DNA of 64,000 nucleotides from an uncultured Clostridia bacterium (lineage in GTDB: Bacteria; Bacillota; Clostridia; Christensenellales; UBA1242): the NCBI GenBank assembly GCA_944376845.1, contig CALWDZ010000004.1:13630-77629 (forward strand), in the 5' to 3' direction. The notes below the pieces were generated by a model. The model ran no database searches and was not told the origin of the DNA. It was given only the letters and a program-made list of their open reading frames with translations. A program made the position numbers and the translations under genes. Positions 8,928 through 17,379 of the stretch are shown here, piece by piece; position 1 is the stretch's first letter, and each line of letters starts with the position of its first letter.

Positions 8928-10055
8928 TTAATCTTTGCAATATCTTTGGAGCATTTGCACTTCATCCGGTTTTAACTCTACATCATCTTGGCTCAAAAGA
9001 CAAATTGTACTAATAGAGCCTTCAGTGGATGCTTTGCTATTCGCAAGAATTTTACGAATAGATAAATTGGTTTTATCACTATACTTAACTGGTCTATCTA
9101 CAAAATAAGTATCAAAGATTGAAATTTGACTTATAATATTCAACACAAACATAACCACATTTTTGCCATGATAAAACAAACTATTTGTGTAATTTAATGC
9201 ATCCTGCATTCTTTCAACGCTAAACTGTGATGTTTCATCCATATATGAAATTATTTGCGTTATACCGTCAATCATATCTAATTTTAACTTGGTTTCAAAC
9301 CTTGCTTCCAGTGCGACTACTACACACTTGCAACCTTTTTGCATATATTCTTTAGATTTTTGTTGTATATATTTTATTTGGTCATCTAAATTTTGACATA
9401 TATGCACTTTAGAATTTCCCATTTTAAAATCTGGTGCATCTAAAACAACGCTAGGTATCACAGGGACAAAGTCTAAATTATATTTATTTTCAGATGGCGG
9501 AGCATCGTTTATTTCACTTATCTCCTTTACCCTTGCATAACCTTTATTGACATAAAGATATGCAATACCATGAATCAAATCTCCTTGTATAAGATTGAAT
9601 TTGTTCATAGTTGCTTCATCAATGATGACAATTTTATTTTCTTTTAGTTTTAACTGACTGATTACATAATAATTATTTTGTTTGGTTTTATTGATAATGC
9701 CCTTAAATTCTATAATATTAGTGCTAAGAGGCATCTCACCTTCTATATAATTTTGGTCTAGCACCAAATAACTATCATCTTGCGATTGTGGCTTTACATA
9801 TGCCTCAAGTTCCTTGTCACCGTTTATTATCAAGTTGGTTTGAAGGTCACCTTCTTCCCCCATAGTCTTTACAGGACGACCTATTTTATTATTAAATACA
9901 GGTTTAAGTTCGCCACTTTGAATTTTTAATATCTCAGTGATTAAAACATCTCGCCTTTTTGATGTGGGAGAACTAACACCGCAATGTCGTGCAACTCGAC
10001 GCAAGTCATAAATACCCAATTTTTCTAATTTTTCTTCTGTAATGCCGTTATACAT
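8928..10055 (-). CDS. Rho-like protein: Rho_N-like and OB-like regions plus a degenerate RecA-type core with no recognisable P-loop
   Basis: I chose the start MYNGITEEKLEKLGIYDLRRVARHCGVSSPTSKRRDVLITEILKIQ (ATG at 10055, GGAGG 6 nt upstream). KNVVMFVLNIISQISIFDTY and EGSISTICLLSQDD line up with Rho KDVIILLDSITRLARAYN and GGSLTIIATALIDTGS. I saw no GxxxxGK[ST]. Confidence 0.5.
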   Translation of the reverse strand: MYNGITEEKLEKLGIYDLRRVARHCGVSSPTSKRRDVLITEILKIQSGELKPVFNNKIGRPVKTMGEEGDLQTNLIINGDKELEAYVKPQSQDDSYLVLDQNYIEGEMPLSTNIIEFKGIINKTKQNNYYVISQLKLKENKIVIIDEATMNKFNLIQGDLIHGIAYLYVNKGYARVKEISEINDAPPSENKYNLDFVPVIPSVVLDAPDFKMGNSKVHICQNLDDQIKYIQQKSKEYMQKGCKCVVVALEARFETKLKLDMIDGITQIISYMDETSQFSVERMQDALNYTNSLFYHGKNVVMFVLNIISQISIFDTYFVDRPVKYSDKTNLSIRKILANSKASTEGSISTICLLSQDDVELKPDEVQMLQRYCKD

Positions 10056-10087
10056 GGCCCCTCCATTTATCATCTGTTTTTGTACAT

Positions 10088-10116
10088 ATATTATCACATT
10101 TTTGTACAAAAGTAAA
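10088..10116 (-). promoter_or_regulatory. Sigma-A-like promoter for the Rho-like gene
   Basis: The minus strand reads TTTACT-N17-TAATAT with TG two nt upstream of the -10. Two direct TGTACAAAAA repeats, 22 nt apart, flank the -10. Confidence 0.4.
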
Positions 10117-10143
10117 CATTTTTTAATAAAATTGTCTATTTTC

Positions 10144-11490
10144 CTACATAAGTAAACTGCCATTGTCGGTATCTATAACTTTTAAGATGTTTTCTATTTC
10201 GCCATTTTCTGCATTTACATAAACATAATAGGTTGCTCCGTCATTTGTACATATGTTCTCATAACAAAGTATTTCTCTATTATATTCAAGCGGAGCCAAA
10301 CATAGCCTGGTTTCTTTGACATATAAGTCACTTGGAACAATATCTTTTGCTCTATCCACACTTACTGCAGCACTTCCTAATTTTCTTTGTGTGTGATTTG
10401 TATAATATGATGAGGCTTCAAAACCCACAATATTTCCGCTTGAAAGGTCAACTTTAACTTTTACAAGGTCAGGATAAAGTATTACTCCATTTTGCATAGG
10501 GGCTAAGTTTATATAAGCATCTCCACCAACTACATCACTCCAAACGCATTTTGTATCTTTTATACCAGTAAGTGTAGTAAAGTCTATCGCGATATTTTCA
10601 GCATCAGAAAGTGAATAGTTTTGAGTTTTGTCCATATCGCCAACGCTTAAAGTTAACAATTTTGAACCATTTTGTGTAATTTGCACATACATAGCATTAT
10701 TGGAAATTGTAGACAATTTAAAGTCATAAGTTTTAAAATGTCCATTGGTTTCGCCCAAATATGTTATATTTTGCTCATCAACATTTGTAAATAACTCAAG
10801 CACTGTGTTTTTTGCCACATCACTTGTGACTTTTGAAAAATCTAAATTCTTGATTTCTTTATTGACCATTGAGTCAGAAAAAGGACCATCATAAATCATT
10901 GCAGGATATTCCACATCTTTAGATTTCAGATTTTGGAGTATTTGTGTAAATTTGTTTAAATCTCCATCAAATGTCATACTGGCGTCATATATTTTACCAT
11001 TATATATTTTTTCTGACATATCATTTATATTATCTTTAAGAATACTAAAAGCATCTTTTAATTGTCTTAGCGTATTAAGTTCATTTTCAGTTAAACTTTC
11101 ACTACGGTCCAACTTATTTGATAATGTTTGAGTGTAGCCACTAACTTGGTTTATAAACTTGATAGTTTCATTTATTCCATGTATAGATACTGGCAATGCA
11201 CCAAGATTTGCGGTTGCCTGAGCGGTATTTTTGCTGATTTCTGAAAGTAAATTTCTTGAATATGCATTTTCACCACTGACAGCAACTTTACTAAGTTTGA
11301 TTTCACTATTGTTTATATTATCAACAAGTTCTGAATAATTTCTTTGGTAAATGTTTTCAAGGTCAAGTTTTAGTTCGTTTTGTTTTGACATTGACACGCT
11401 GTATAAAACAATAAATGTTACCAAAGCAATGCCAAGTATAACTGAAAGCACTATTAAAAATATATTGCTTCTTTTAAGTGTTTTTTCCAT
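10144..11490 (-). CDS. ypeB: Germination protein YpeB
   Basis: 448 aa with an N-terminal TM helix and PepSY-like C-terminal repeats. It lies immediately downstream of sleB, as in Bacillus. Confidence 0.8.
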   Translation of the reverse strand: MEKTLKRSNIFLIVLSVILGIALVTFIVLYSVSMSKQNELKLDLENIYQRNYSELVDNINNSEIKLSKVAVSGENAYSRNLLSEISKNTAQATANLGALPVSIHGINETIKFINQVSGYTQTLSNKLDRSESLTENELNTLRQLKDAFSILKDNINDMSEKIYNGKIYDASMTFDGDLNKFTQILQNLKSKDVEYPAMIYDGPFSDSMVNKEIKNLDFSKVTSDVAKNTVLELFTNVDEQNITYLGETNGHFKTYDFKLSTISNNAMYVQITQNGSKLLTLSVGDMDKTQNYSLSDAENIAIDFTTLTGIKDTKCVWSDVVGGDAYINLAPMQNGVILYPDLVKVKVDLSSGNIVGFEASSYYTNHTQRKLGSAAVSVDRAKDIVPSDLYVKETRLCLAPLEYNREILCYENICTNDGATYYVYVNAENGEIENILKVIDTDNGSLLM

Positions 11491-11499
11491 AATTTCCTC

Positions 11500-12162
11500 C
11501 TATATAGCAAACACATGCTTGCCAATTGTGACAACTGTTGTTCTTGTCCATATCCATTCACTTGTCGCCGTTTCAGGGTTATAGTAATAAAGACATCCAT
11601 ATGTAGGGTCCCAGCCGTTGAGTGCGTCTTTTGCTGCACTATATGCGCTTTCATTAGGTTCTAGGTTTATTTGCCCATCATGAACAGCAGTAAATGCCCA
11701 AGGCTGATATATAACGCCACTTATTGTATTTGGAAATTCCGGACTATCAACTCTGTTTAATATCACGGCAGCCACTGCAACTTGTCCCACATATGGCTCT
11801 CCGCGTGCTTCTGCATGCACACATTTTGCCAAAAGATACAAATCTTGCGAAGTATAAGATGCTGTGGAAGAAAGTCCAAGTGCTTTAAGTGTATTTGGTC
11901 CAACAATGCCGTCAACGCTAAGTCCATAGTCACGCTGGAAATTTTTAATTGCCGTAACACTTTGGTTTCCAAGAATACCATCTATGTTGCCATAGTAATA
12001 TCCAAGGTCTTTTAACTTTTGTTGAATCTGCTTGTTTTCACTTTGTGACGCTGTCACCACAATTTCTTCGCTGGGACTAAATGCATCAATCAAAACAAAT
12101 GTTCCGCTGTAAAGAATAGCAAATATCGCCAGCAAAAATATAAAAATCTTTTGTTTCTTCAT
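11500..12162 (-). CDS. sleB: Spore cortex-lytic enzyme SleB
   Basis: Signal peptide. Peptidoglycan-binding repeat (LGYYYGNIDGILGNQSVTAIKNFQRDYGLSVDGIVGPNTLKALG). SleB/CwlJ hydrolase core (AEARGEPYVGQVAVAAVILNRV..YQPWAFTAV). Confidence 0.9.
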   Translation of the reverse strand: MKKQKIFIFLLAIFAILYSGTFVLIDAFSPSEEIVVTASQSENKQIQQKLKDLGYYYGNIDGILGNQSVTAIKNFQRDYGLSVDGIVGPNTLKALGLSSTASYTSQDLYLLAKCVHAEARGEPYVGQVAVAAVILNRVDSPEFPNTISGVIYQPWAFTAVHDGQINLEPNESAYSAAKDALNGWDPTYGCLYYYNPETATSEWIWTRTTVVTIGKHVFAI

Positions 12163-12174
12163 ACTAAAATCTCC

Positions 12175-12693
12175 TTATCCTAAAATCGATTTTAGTATCT
12201 CCAAAATTCTAGATTTATACAAAATATCTTGACTATTGTTTGAAACAAAGCAAAGCGGAGGATATACAACACACCACCAATTATCACCTTCTGCACTGCC
12301 AAGTTCCACTATTAAACTGTCATAAATTCCACTTTCAAGCACCACGCCATCATAACTTCTTGTAGGAAATTCTTCTTGACAAAATTTTACATTTGCACCA
12401 TAGTCAAAACCACGAAGAGATAGTATATTTTCAGCAATATTTTCCATTTCATCCAAGTTGTCATTGATTATATTTACAAAATCTTCCCGTGTTTTAGCCG
12501 ATGAAATATATGGTATAAGATATGAAACTATCTCATCCTTGATTTCATACTTTACATTTTGGTCAATAGTTAAATTACTATTGGCTCGCACATGAATTCT
12601 TATGTATTCCTGCTTTGAACTTGTCCCCAAAATACCAAATAAAACAAGTCCTATTGTAATAACTACTACTAATATAGATATAGCCTTTTTCAT
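12175..12693 (-). CDS. spoIIR: Stage II sporulation protein R
   Basis: IRIHVRANSN..DQNVKYEIKDEIV and GDNWWCVVYPPLCF are SpoIIR hallmarks. I chose the ATG at 12693 (MKKAISIL), with GGAGA upstream. Confidence 0.85.
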   Translation of the reverse strand: MKKAISILVVVITIGLVLFGILGTSSKQEYIRIHVRANSNLTIDQNVKYEIKDEIVSYLIPYISSAKTREDFVNIINDNLDEMENIAENILSLRGFDYGANVKFCQEEFPTRSYDGVVLESGIYDSLIVELGSAEGDNWWCVVYPPLCFVSNNSQDILYKSRILEILKSILG

Positions 12694-12710
12694 AAAAAAA
12701 TCTCCACAGC

Positions 12711-12739
12711 ATTTATTGACTGTGTGAGAAAATTTATAC
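12711..12739 (-). promoter_or_regulatory. Possible sigma-F-type promoter upstream of spoIIR (partial match)
   Basis: The minus strand reads GTATA-N14-GTCAATAAAT. The -35 and the spacing fit sigma-F-type promoters. The -10 matches the GGnrAnAhTw-type consensus only partly. Confidence 0.3.
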
Positions 12740-12740
12740 A

Positions 12741-13616
12741 TTATTTTATAGATTTAAATAATAATTGTGGAATATCAACTCCGCAAGCCTCATAAAAGTG
12801 ATTTACGCTTGCGCTAGTATTGACTTCACACACAACTGGGCCATTTATGCTTTTTAAAATGTCCACAATTGCGAAGTCACATCCAACTGCTTTAGTCGCC
12901 CCCACAGCAAGTTGTTCATCAAGATATGTAGGGATGTACTTGTCCATACTACCACCTAGAGAAAGGTTTGACCTAAATTCACCACCACTATTTCGGCGTC
13001 TATATGAGGCAACAACTTTGTTTTTTATAACAAAAAGTCTTATATCGCTTCCGCTTGCTTCCACAATAAACTCTTGAAGCAGAAGCATATTACCATTAAG
13101 TTTTTCTACCAAATCATATAACTCTTCTTTTGATTTACATAGATATACATTTTGACCATAATCGCCATACCATTCTTTTACAATTATGGGCATCCCAAGG
13201 TCAGAAATAGCGTTGTTTAAAAACAGTATCGCCTTGTTTTTATTAAATTTTGTCATCATCGGGAATATAACTGTTTTAGGGATATTTATATGGTTTTGGG
13301 CAAGAATTTGATACAAATTTGCTTTATTTTCACAAATATCTATAGCAAATGCACTATTGACAACTTTTACTCCTAACATTTCTAGATTTCTTGCCAAATG
13401 GAAATCTTTATCAAAAAATATTGCATAATCATATGTTCCAAAAGTTTCATGGCATTTTACATTGCTGTTATCTATGTATGTATATAACTGTACATTTGAA
13501 ACAAAATCTAGAGATATATTCATCTTTTTAGCCGCATCTACAAAAAGTTTATTCTGTGCTTTAAATTCCTCTTGACTTAATATGTCATCATGTACAACTA
13601 AAACCTTTCCTCTCAT
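12741..13616 (-). CDS. RimK/LysX-family ATP-grasp ligase
   Basis: 291 aa. GSDIRLFVIKNKVVASYRRRNSGGEFRSNLSLGG is the RimK-type ATP-grasp core. Confidence 0.7.
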   Translation of the reverse strand: MRGKVLVVHDDILSQEEFKAQNKLFVDAAKKMNISLDFVSNVQLYTYIDNSNVKCHETFGTYDYAIFFDKDFHLARNLEMLGVKVVNSAFAIDICENKANLYQILAQNHINIPKTVIFPMMTKFNKNKAILFLNNAISDLGMPIIVKEWYGDYGQNVYLCKSKEELYDLVEKLNGNMLLLQEFIVEASGSDIRLFVIKNKVVASYRRRNSGGEFRSNLSLGGSMDKYIPTYLDEQLAVGATKAVGCDFAIVDILKSINGPVVCEVNTSASVNHFYEACGVDIPQLLFKSIK

Positions 13617-13652
13617 AAATTCATCTCCAAAAGTATTTTAACATAAACTAAA

Positions 13653-14654
13653 CTATTTTGCAATATTGGAGTAAATTTGCTTTATCATGCTTTTTGCATT
13701 ATTTATATCAGTGCAAATGTAAACATACTTTTTTGAGATATAATTTATGCATTCATAAAATTTTTTCAACTTATCCACGCTATTTGTTCTAACAACTATT
13801 TGACAATAGTCACCAAGAGTTTTATAGCAAACAAAACTAGAAGAATGGTTATAATGGTCTATAGTTGTAAAATTTTTATATGGCGAAAATATATTTTTCA
13901 CTTTAATTACAACATTTGTATTTTTCAGAATTTCACAAACATCTTTATGTAATATTTTTGCATCGCAAGATGAAAACAAATGACAATCGTCAATTGACAT
14001 AAATTTTATAGTTTTGGCATTTTTAACAAAATTTGGGTTGACTTCTTTTATCCCATTTTGGTCAGTATAATTTTCATAGCATTTTGCACAAAGAGCACGT
14101 GCAATTATTGCACCGGAAATATCTCCCCCACCTCGTGCAAATAATTTTATTTTATTATTATAAATTCCATAAAAACCAGGAATTATTATTTTTTTATATT
14201 TTTTTAAATAATATTTTAATTTTTTTTGTATTTTTTCATAATTTGGTTCATCATTATTTAAATAAATAACATCTTCCGCTGGTATGAACTTTATGTTTAA
14301 ATATTTAGATATTATTTTTGATGTTAAATATTCCCCACGAGAAATAAAGTAATCACTGTCTTTATCTTTTTCTAATTTCTCTTTATATTTTTTTAAATAA
14401 TGACAAATGTTTATATTCACATTTGTCAATTTACACAAATATTGTAATTTATTTTTAATTTTGTTTAAAATATCTTCGTTTTTTTCTATTGTGTAATTAA
14501 TTAGCATATCTGTTAGTTTTTCATCATCATTTTCAATTTTCCCTATTGCAGAAAAAACAAACACACATCTACTTTCTAACTTTGCGAGTTTTTTTAAATT
14601 TTTAAGTGCCAATGCACATGTTGTGGTACTTCCCCCAAACTTGCTAACTATCAA
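13653..14654 (-). CDS. Aspartate kinase-like (amino acid kinase family), short form
   Basis: MIVSKFGGSTT N-terminus and the FARGGGDISGAIIARAL motif are typical of aspartokinases. It overlaps dapB by 4 nt. At 333 aa it is shorter than usual aspartokinases. Confidence 0.65.
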   Translation of the reverse strand: MIVSKFGGSTTTCALALKNLKKLAKLESRCVFVFSAIGKIENDDEKLTDMLINYTIEKNEDILNKIKNKLQYLCKLTNVNINICHYLKKYKEKLEKDKDSDYFISRGEYLTSKIISKYLNIKFIPAEDVIYLNNDEPNYEKIQKKLKYYLKKYKKIIIPGFYGIYNNKIKLFARGGGDISGAIIARALCAKCYENYTDQNGIKEVNPNFVKNAKTIKFMSIDDCHLFSSCDAKILHKDVCEILKNTNVVIKVKNIFSPYKNFTTIDHYNHSSSFVCYKTLGDYCQIVVRTNSVDKLKKFYECINYISKKYVYICTDINNAKSMIKQIYSNIAK

Positions 14655-15298
14655 AATATATCCTCCATTCCATATAGTCCAGATTTTTTATTAGCCATAA
14701 ACTTACACGCAAGATATGCTCCATGACAAAAAACTTGTTTAGATTGTGCGGTGTGTTTTATCTCAAGTTTTTCATCTTTTGAATAAAATGTAACACCATG
14801 CTCACCAACAACATCACCTACTCTTAAAGCGTATACTTTAGGAATTATATTTTTACTGTTTAATAGTTTTATTAGTTCTTTTGCCGACCCGCTCGGTTTG
14901 TCTTTTTTTGTTTTATGGTGGACTTCATTAACCACGACCTCCACACCGTCTATGTTTTTTATTGCTTTCAAAAATTTTCTAAACACTGTAAACAAAATAC
15001 TAAAATTAGCAGATAAAAAAACTGCAATATGTTTACTGTACTCTGTTATAAGTTGTTGGTTTTTTTGACTATGACCTGTCGTTGCCACTATAATTGGACA
15101 CTTGCGACCAAGTGCAAGTTTTAAATTGTCACAAAGTGCATCGGCTGTTGAAAAATCTAATATTACATCAAAGTCCAATTTTTTTGCAAGATGTCTGTTA
15201 TCTTTGTCAATCTTAAAATATTTCGTGCCTGATTCATCAAAATATTTGGACATCTCCTTGCCCATTTTTCCATCAGCACCAATAAGCAATACTTTCAT
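14651..15298 (-). CDS. dapB: 4-hydroxy-tetrahydrodipicolinate reductase (short form)
   Basis: MKVLLIGADGKMGKEM Rossmann N-terminus and the EVHHKTKKDKPSGSA motif (E-HH-K-D-PSG-A). Confidence 0.8.
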   Translation of the reverse strand: MKVLLIGADGKMGKEMSKYFDESGTKYFKIDKDNRHLAKKLDFDVILDFSTADALCDNLKLALGRKCPIIVATTGHSQKNQQLITEYSKHIAVFLSANFSILFTVFRKFLKAIKNIDGVEVVVNEVHHKTKKDKPSGSAKELIKLLNSKNIIPKVYALRVGDVVGEHGVTFYSKDEKLEIKHTAQSKQVFCHGAYLACKFMANKKSGLYGMEDIF

Positions 15299-16152
15299 AA
15301 AAACTCCTTTAATCTTTCAAGTTCTTTATCAATATTTCCTTGATGTTTTTCGTCCAATGGAGTTAGTGGCAACCTAAGAATATTTTGTATTATGCCTAAA
15401 CTACTTAAAGCATATTTAACTGGTATAGGATTCGGCTCACAAAACATAAGATTATTAAAGTTATAAAGTTTATTCAAAATTTCATTTCGCCTTTTGACAT
15501 TTTGATGCACTTCTAGCATAGCCCCTGGAAATACATTTGATGTAACGCTTATAATGCCCTTCCCACCTAGTGCATAAAACACTTCAGCCAAATTATCATT
15601 ACCACAAAAAATTGGTAGTGCTTTTTTATGAAACACATCAACAATATGAGTTATATCAGTACTAGCCTCTTTTAGTGCTACAATATTTTTTAGTTTTGCT
15701 AGTTCCACAATCGTATCTGCACATATGTTGATATTGGTTCTTGACGGAACATTGTAAACTATAATTGGTATATCTACTCTATTTGAGATTTCCTCATAAT
15801 GCTTGATTATGCCACTTTGAGTACATTTAGAGTAATATGGACTTACCACAAGGCACGCATCAGCACCATATTTTTTTGCAAGCATACTTTGATTAACCGC
15901 AGTTTCTGTGTCTGGCGCACCAGTTCCAACAATGAGTTTTGCAAAACTTGGCAATTGCCGTTTTGCAAGTTTTATCATCTTTATGCGGTCGTTTTGAGAT
16001 ATACTTTCACATTCCCCAGTTGAGCCTAAAATAAGTATATTTTTTACTCCTAAAAGTATTTGCCTTTCAATAAGCATAGAAAAAGTGTCAAAATCAACAT
16101 TTTTATTTTCATCAAAAGGCGTGACAAGTGCGGTTATTATACCTTCAACCAT
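15295..16152 (-). CDS. dapA: 4-hydroxy-tetrahydrodipicolinate synthase
   Basis: GIITALVTPF...ILGSTGE...IVYNVP motifs. I chose the ATG at 16152 behind GGGAGGG. The ORF track start at 16164 is a TTG inside that SD. Confidence 0.9.
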   Translation of the reverse strand: MVEGIITALVTPFDENKNVDFDTFSMLIERQILLGVKNILILGSTGECESISQNDRIKMIKLAKRQLPSFAKLIVGTGAPDTETAVNQSMLAKKYGADACLVVSPYYSKCTQSGIIKHYEEISNRVDIPIIVYNVPSRTNINICADTIVELAKLKNIVALKEASTDITHIVDVFHKKALPIFCGNDNLAEVFYALGGKGIISVTSNVFPGAMLEVHQNVKRRNEILNKLYNFNNLMFCEPNPIPVKYALSSLGIIQNILRLPLTPLDEKHQGNIDKELERLKEFL

Positions 16153-17095
16153 ATTCCCTCCCAAGTAATTTTATTAAAATCTCAACTCCGTTTTGTGCTG
16201 CACCTTTTCTTAAATTGTCAACGACTACAAACATAGAAAAATGCGTTTCATCAAATTGCTTGAGCCTACTTACAAGTACATCATCTTTTCCCCGAGCAAA
16301 AACAGGCATAGCAAAATCTACATATTTTACATTTTCGGTTGTGACAATATATTGTTTTAAGATTTCAATATCACAAGCATTTTTTGTTTCAAAAAATATA
16401 CTTTCTCCATGACATACATCTATCGGCACTCGAACTGTTTGCGACATTACAAATAAATTTTTATCATGCAATATTTTTTTTGTTTCGTAAATTATCTTCT
16501 TTTCTTCAACGCAAAAATTTTTATCATCAATTTTACCAATGTATGGTATCAAATTATTATCAATCACAAAATCTAGTTTTTTAAGTCTGTTTGGGTTTGT
16601 TTCATATCTATCATCAAGAGCAAGTTGCCCCGCTCCACTTAGTGACTGGTATGTTGAAATTGCCACGCTTTTAAGTCCAACATTTTTTTCAATACCGCAT
16701 AGTGCCATCACTGCACCAATCGTAGCACAATTTGGATTGCATATAAGATTGCCTTTTATATCTTCTGCATTTATTTGTGGCACAACAAGTGGATATTTCT
16801 TTCTAAACTCAGCCGAAAAGTCTATAACCACCGCTCCCAAATTTGCAAGTTTTAAAGCATATTTTTTTGATATATTTTCACGAGTGCACATAAGTACAAA
16901 ATCTGGTTTTAATAAAAAAATGCTTTCATCTAAAACCCGAACTTCATAAGGCTTGTTTTTTATATATAAAATTTTGCCGTCAGAATTTTTTGAAGCAAAC
17001 AGAAAAAAATCGGCTTCAATATTTCTTTCACCTAAAATATCCAGCACTGTTCTCCCTACAACTCCGCTGGCACCTACGATTGCAATTTTAGCCAT
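16145..17095 (-). CDS. asd: Aspartate-semialdehyde dehydrogenase
   Basis: MAKIAIVGASGVVGRTVL N-terminus and the active-site context NPNCATIG. GTGGAG SD upstream. Confidence 0.9.
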   Translation of the reverse strand: MAKIAIVGASGVVGRTVLDILGERNIEADFFLFASKNSDGKILYIKNKPYEVRVLDESIFLLKPDFVLMCTRENISKKYALKLANLGAVVIDFSAEFRKKYPLVVPQINAEDIKGNLICNPNCATIGAVMALCGIEKNVGLKSVAISTYQSLSGAGQLALDDRYETNPNRLKKLDFVIDNNLIPYIGKIDDKNFCVEEKKIIYETKKILHDKNLFVMSQTVRVPIDVCHGESIFFETKNACDIEILKQYIVTTENVKYVDFAMPVFARGKDDVLVSRLKQFDETHFSMFVVVDNLRKGAAQNGVEILIKLLGREYG

Positions 17096-17138
17096 AATAA
17101 CTCCACAAGTATTAGATGAAAAAAAATATAAATGTGTT

Positions 17139-17166
17139 AAAAAAAATACGCTTTAAAAGCGTACTT
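17139..17166 (-). terminator. Leader terminator (attenuator) upstream of the asd operon
   Basis: The minus strand reads AAGUACGCUUUUAAAGCGUA followed by U8, about 45 nt upstream of the asd ATG. An upstream AAAAUACGC (17225-17233) is complementary to the 3' arm plus the U-tract. Confidence 0.6.
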
Positions 17167-17253
17167 AATAATAACTTCGATTTTTTCTTTTCCATATTAA
17201 AATACCCCTTCAACATAAACTCACGCGTATTTTACGATTGGTACTTTAATTTA

Positions 17254-17270
17254 CCCCCCCCCCCCCCCCC
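17254..17270. repeat. Homopolymer tract C17 (G17 on the minus strand)
   Basis: Counted directly: 17 consecutive C in an otherwise AT-rich divergent intergenic region. Confidence 0.95.
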
Positions 17271-17284
17271 GCTTTGATTGCAAT

Positions 17285-17313
17285 TTTACAAAATTTTTTA
17301 AAATTTTTAAAAT
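17285..17313 (+). promoter_or_regulatory. Sigma-A-like promoter for the SGNH surface protein gene
   Basis: TTTACA-N17-TAAAAT, about 65 nt upstream of the ATG at 17380. It sits in phased A/T tracts. Confidence 0.4.
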
Positions 17314-17379
17314 TTTTTTTAAAAATATTTATTTTATTTTTATAGTTATTATGTTAAACTAATATTAAGTAGGTACCTT

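Noticed and set aside
17096-17250. Lysine (L-box) riboswitch upstream of asd.
   Set aside because: The leader between any plausible promoter and the terminator is only about 100 nt. I could not find the conserved L-box helices or motifs. I therefore kept it as an unclassified attenuator.
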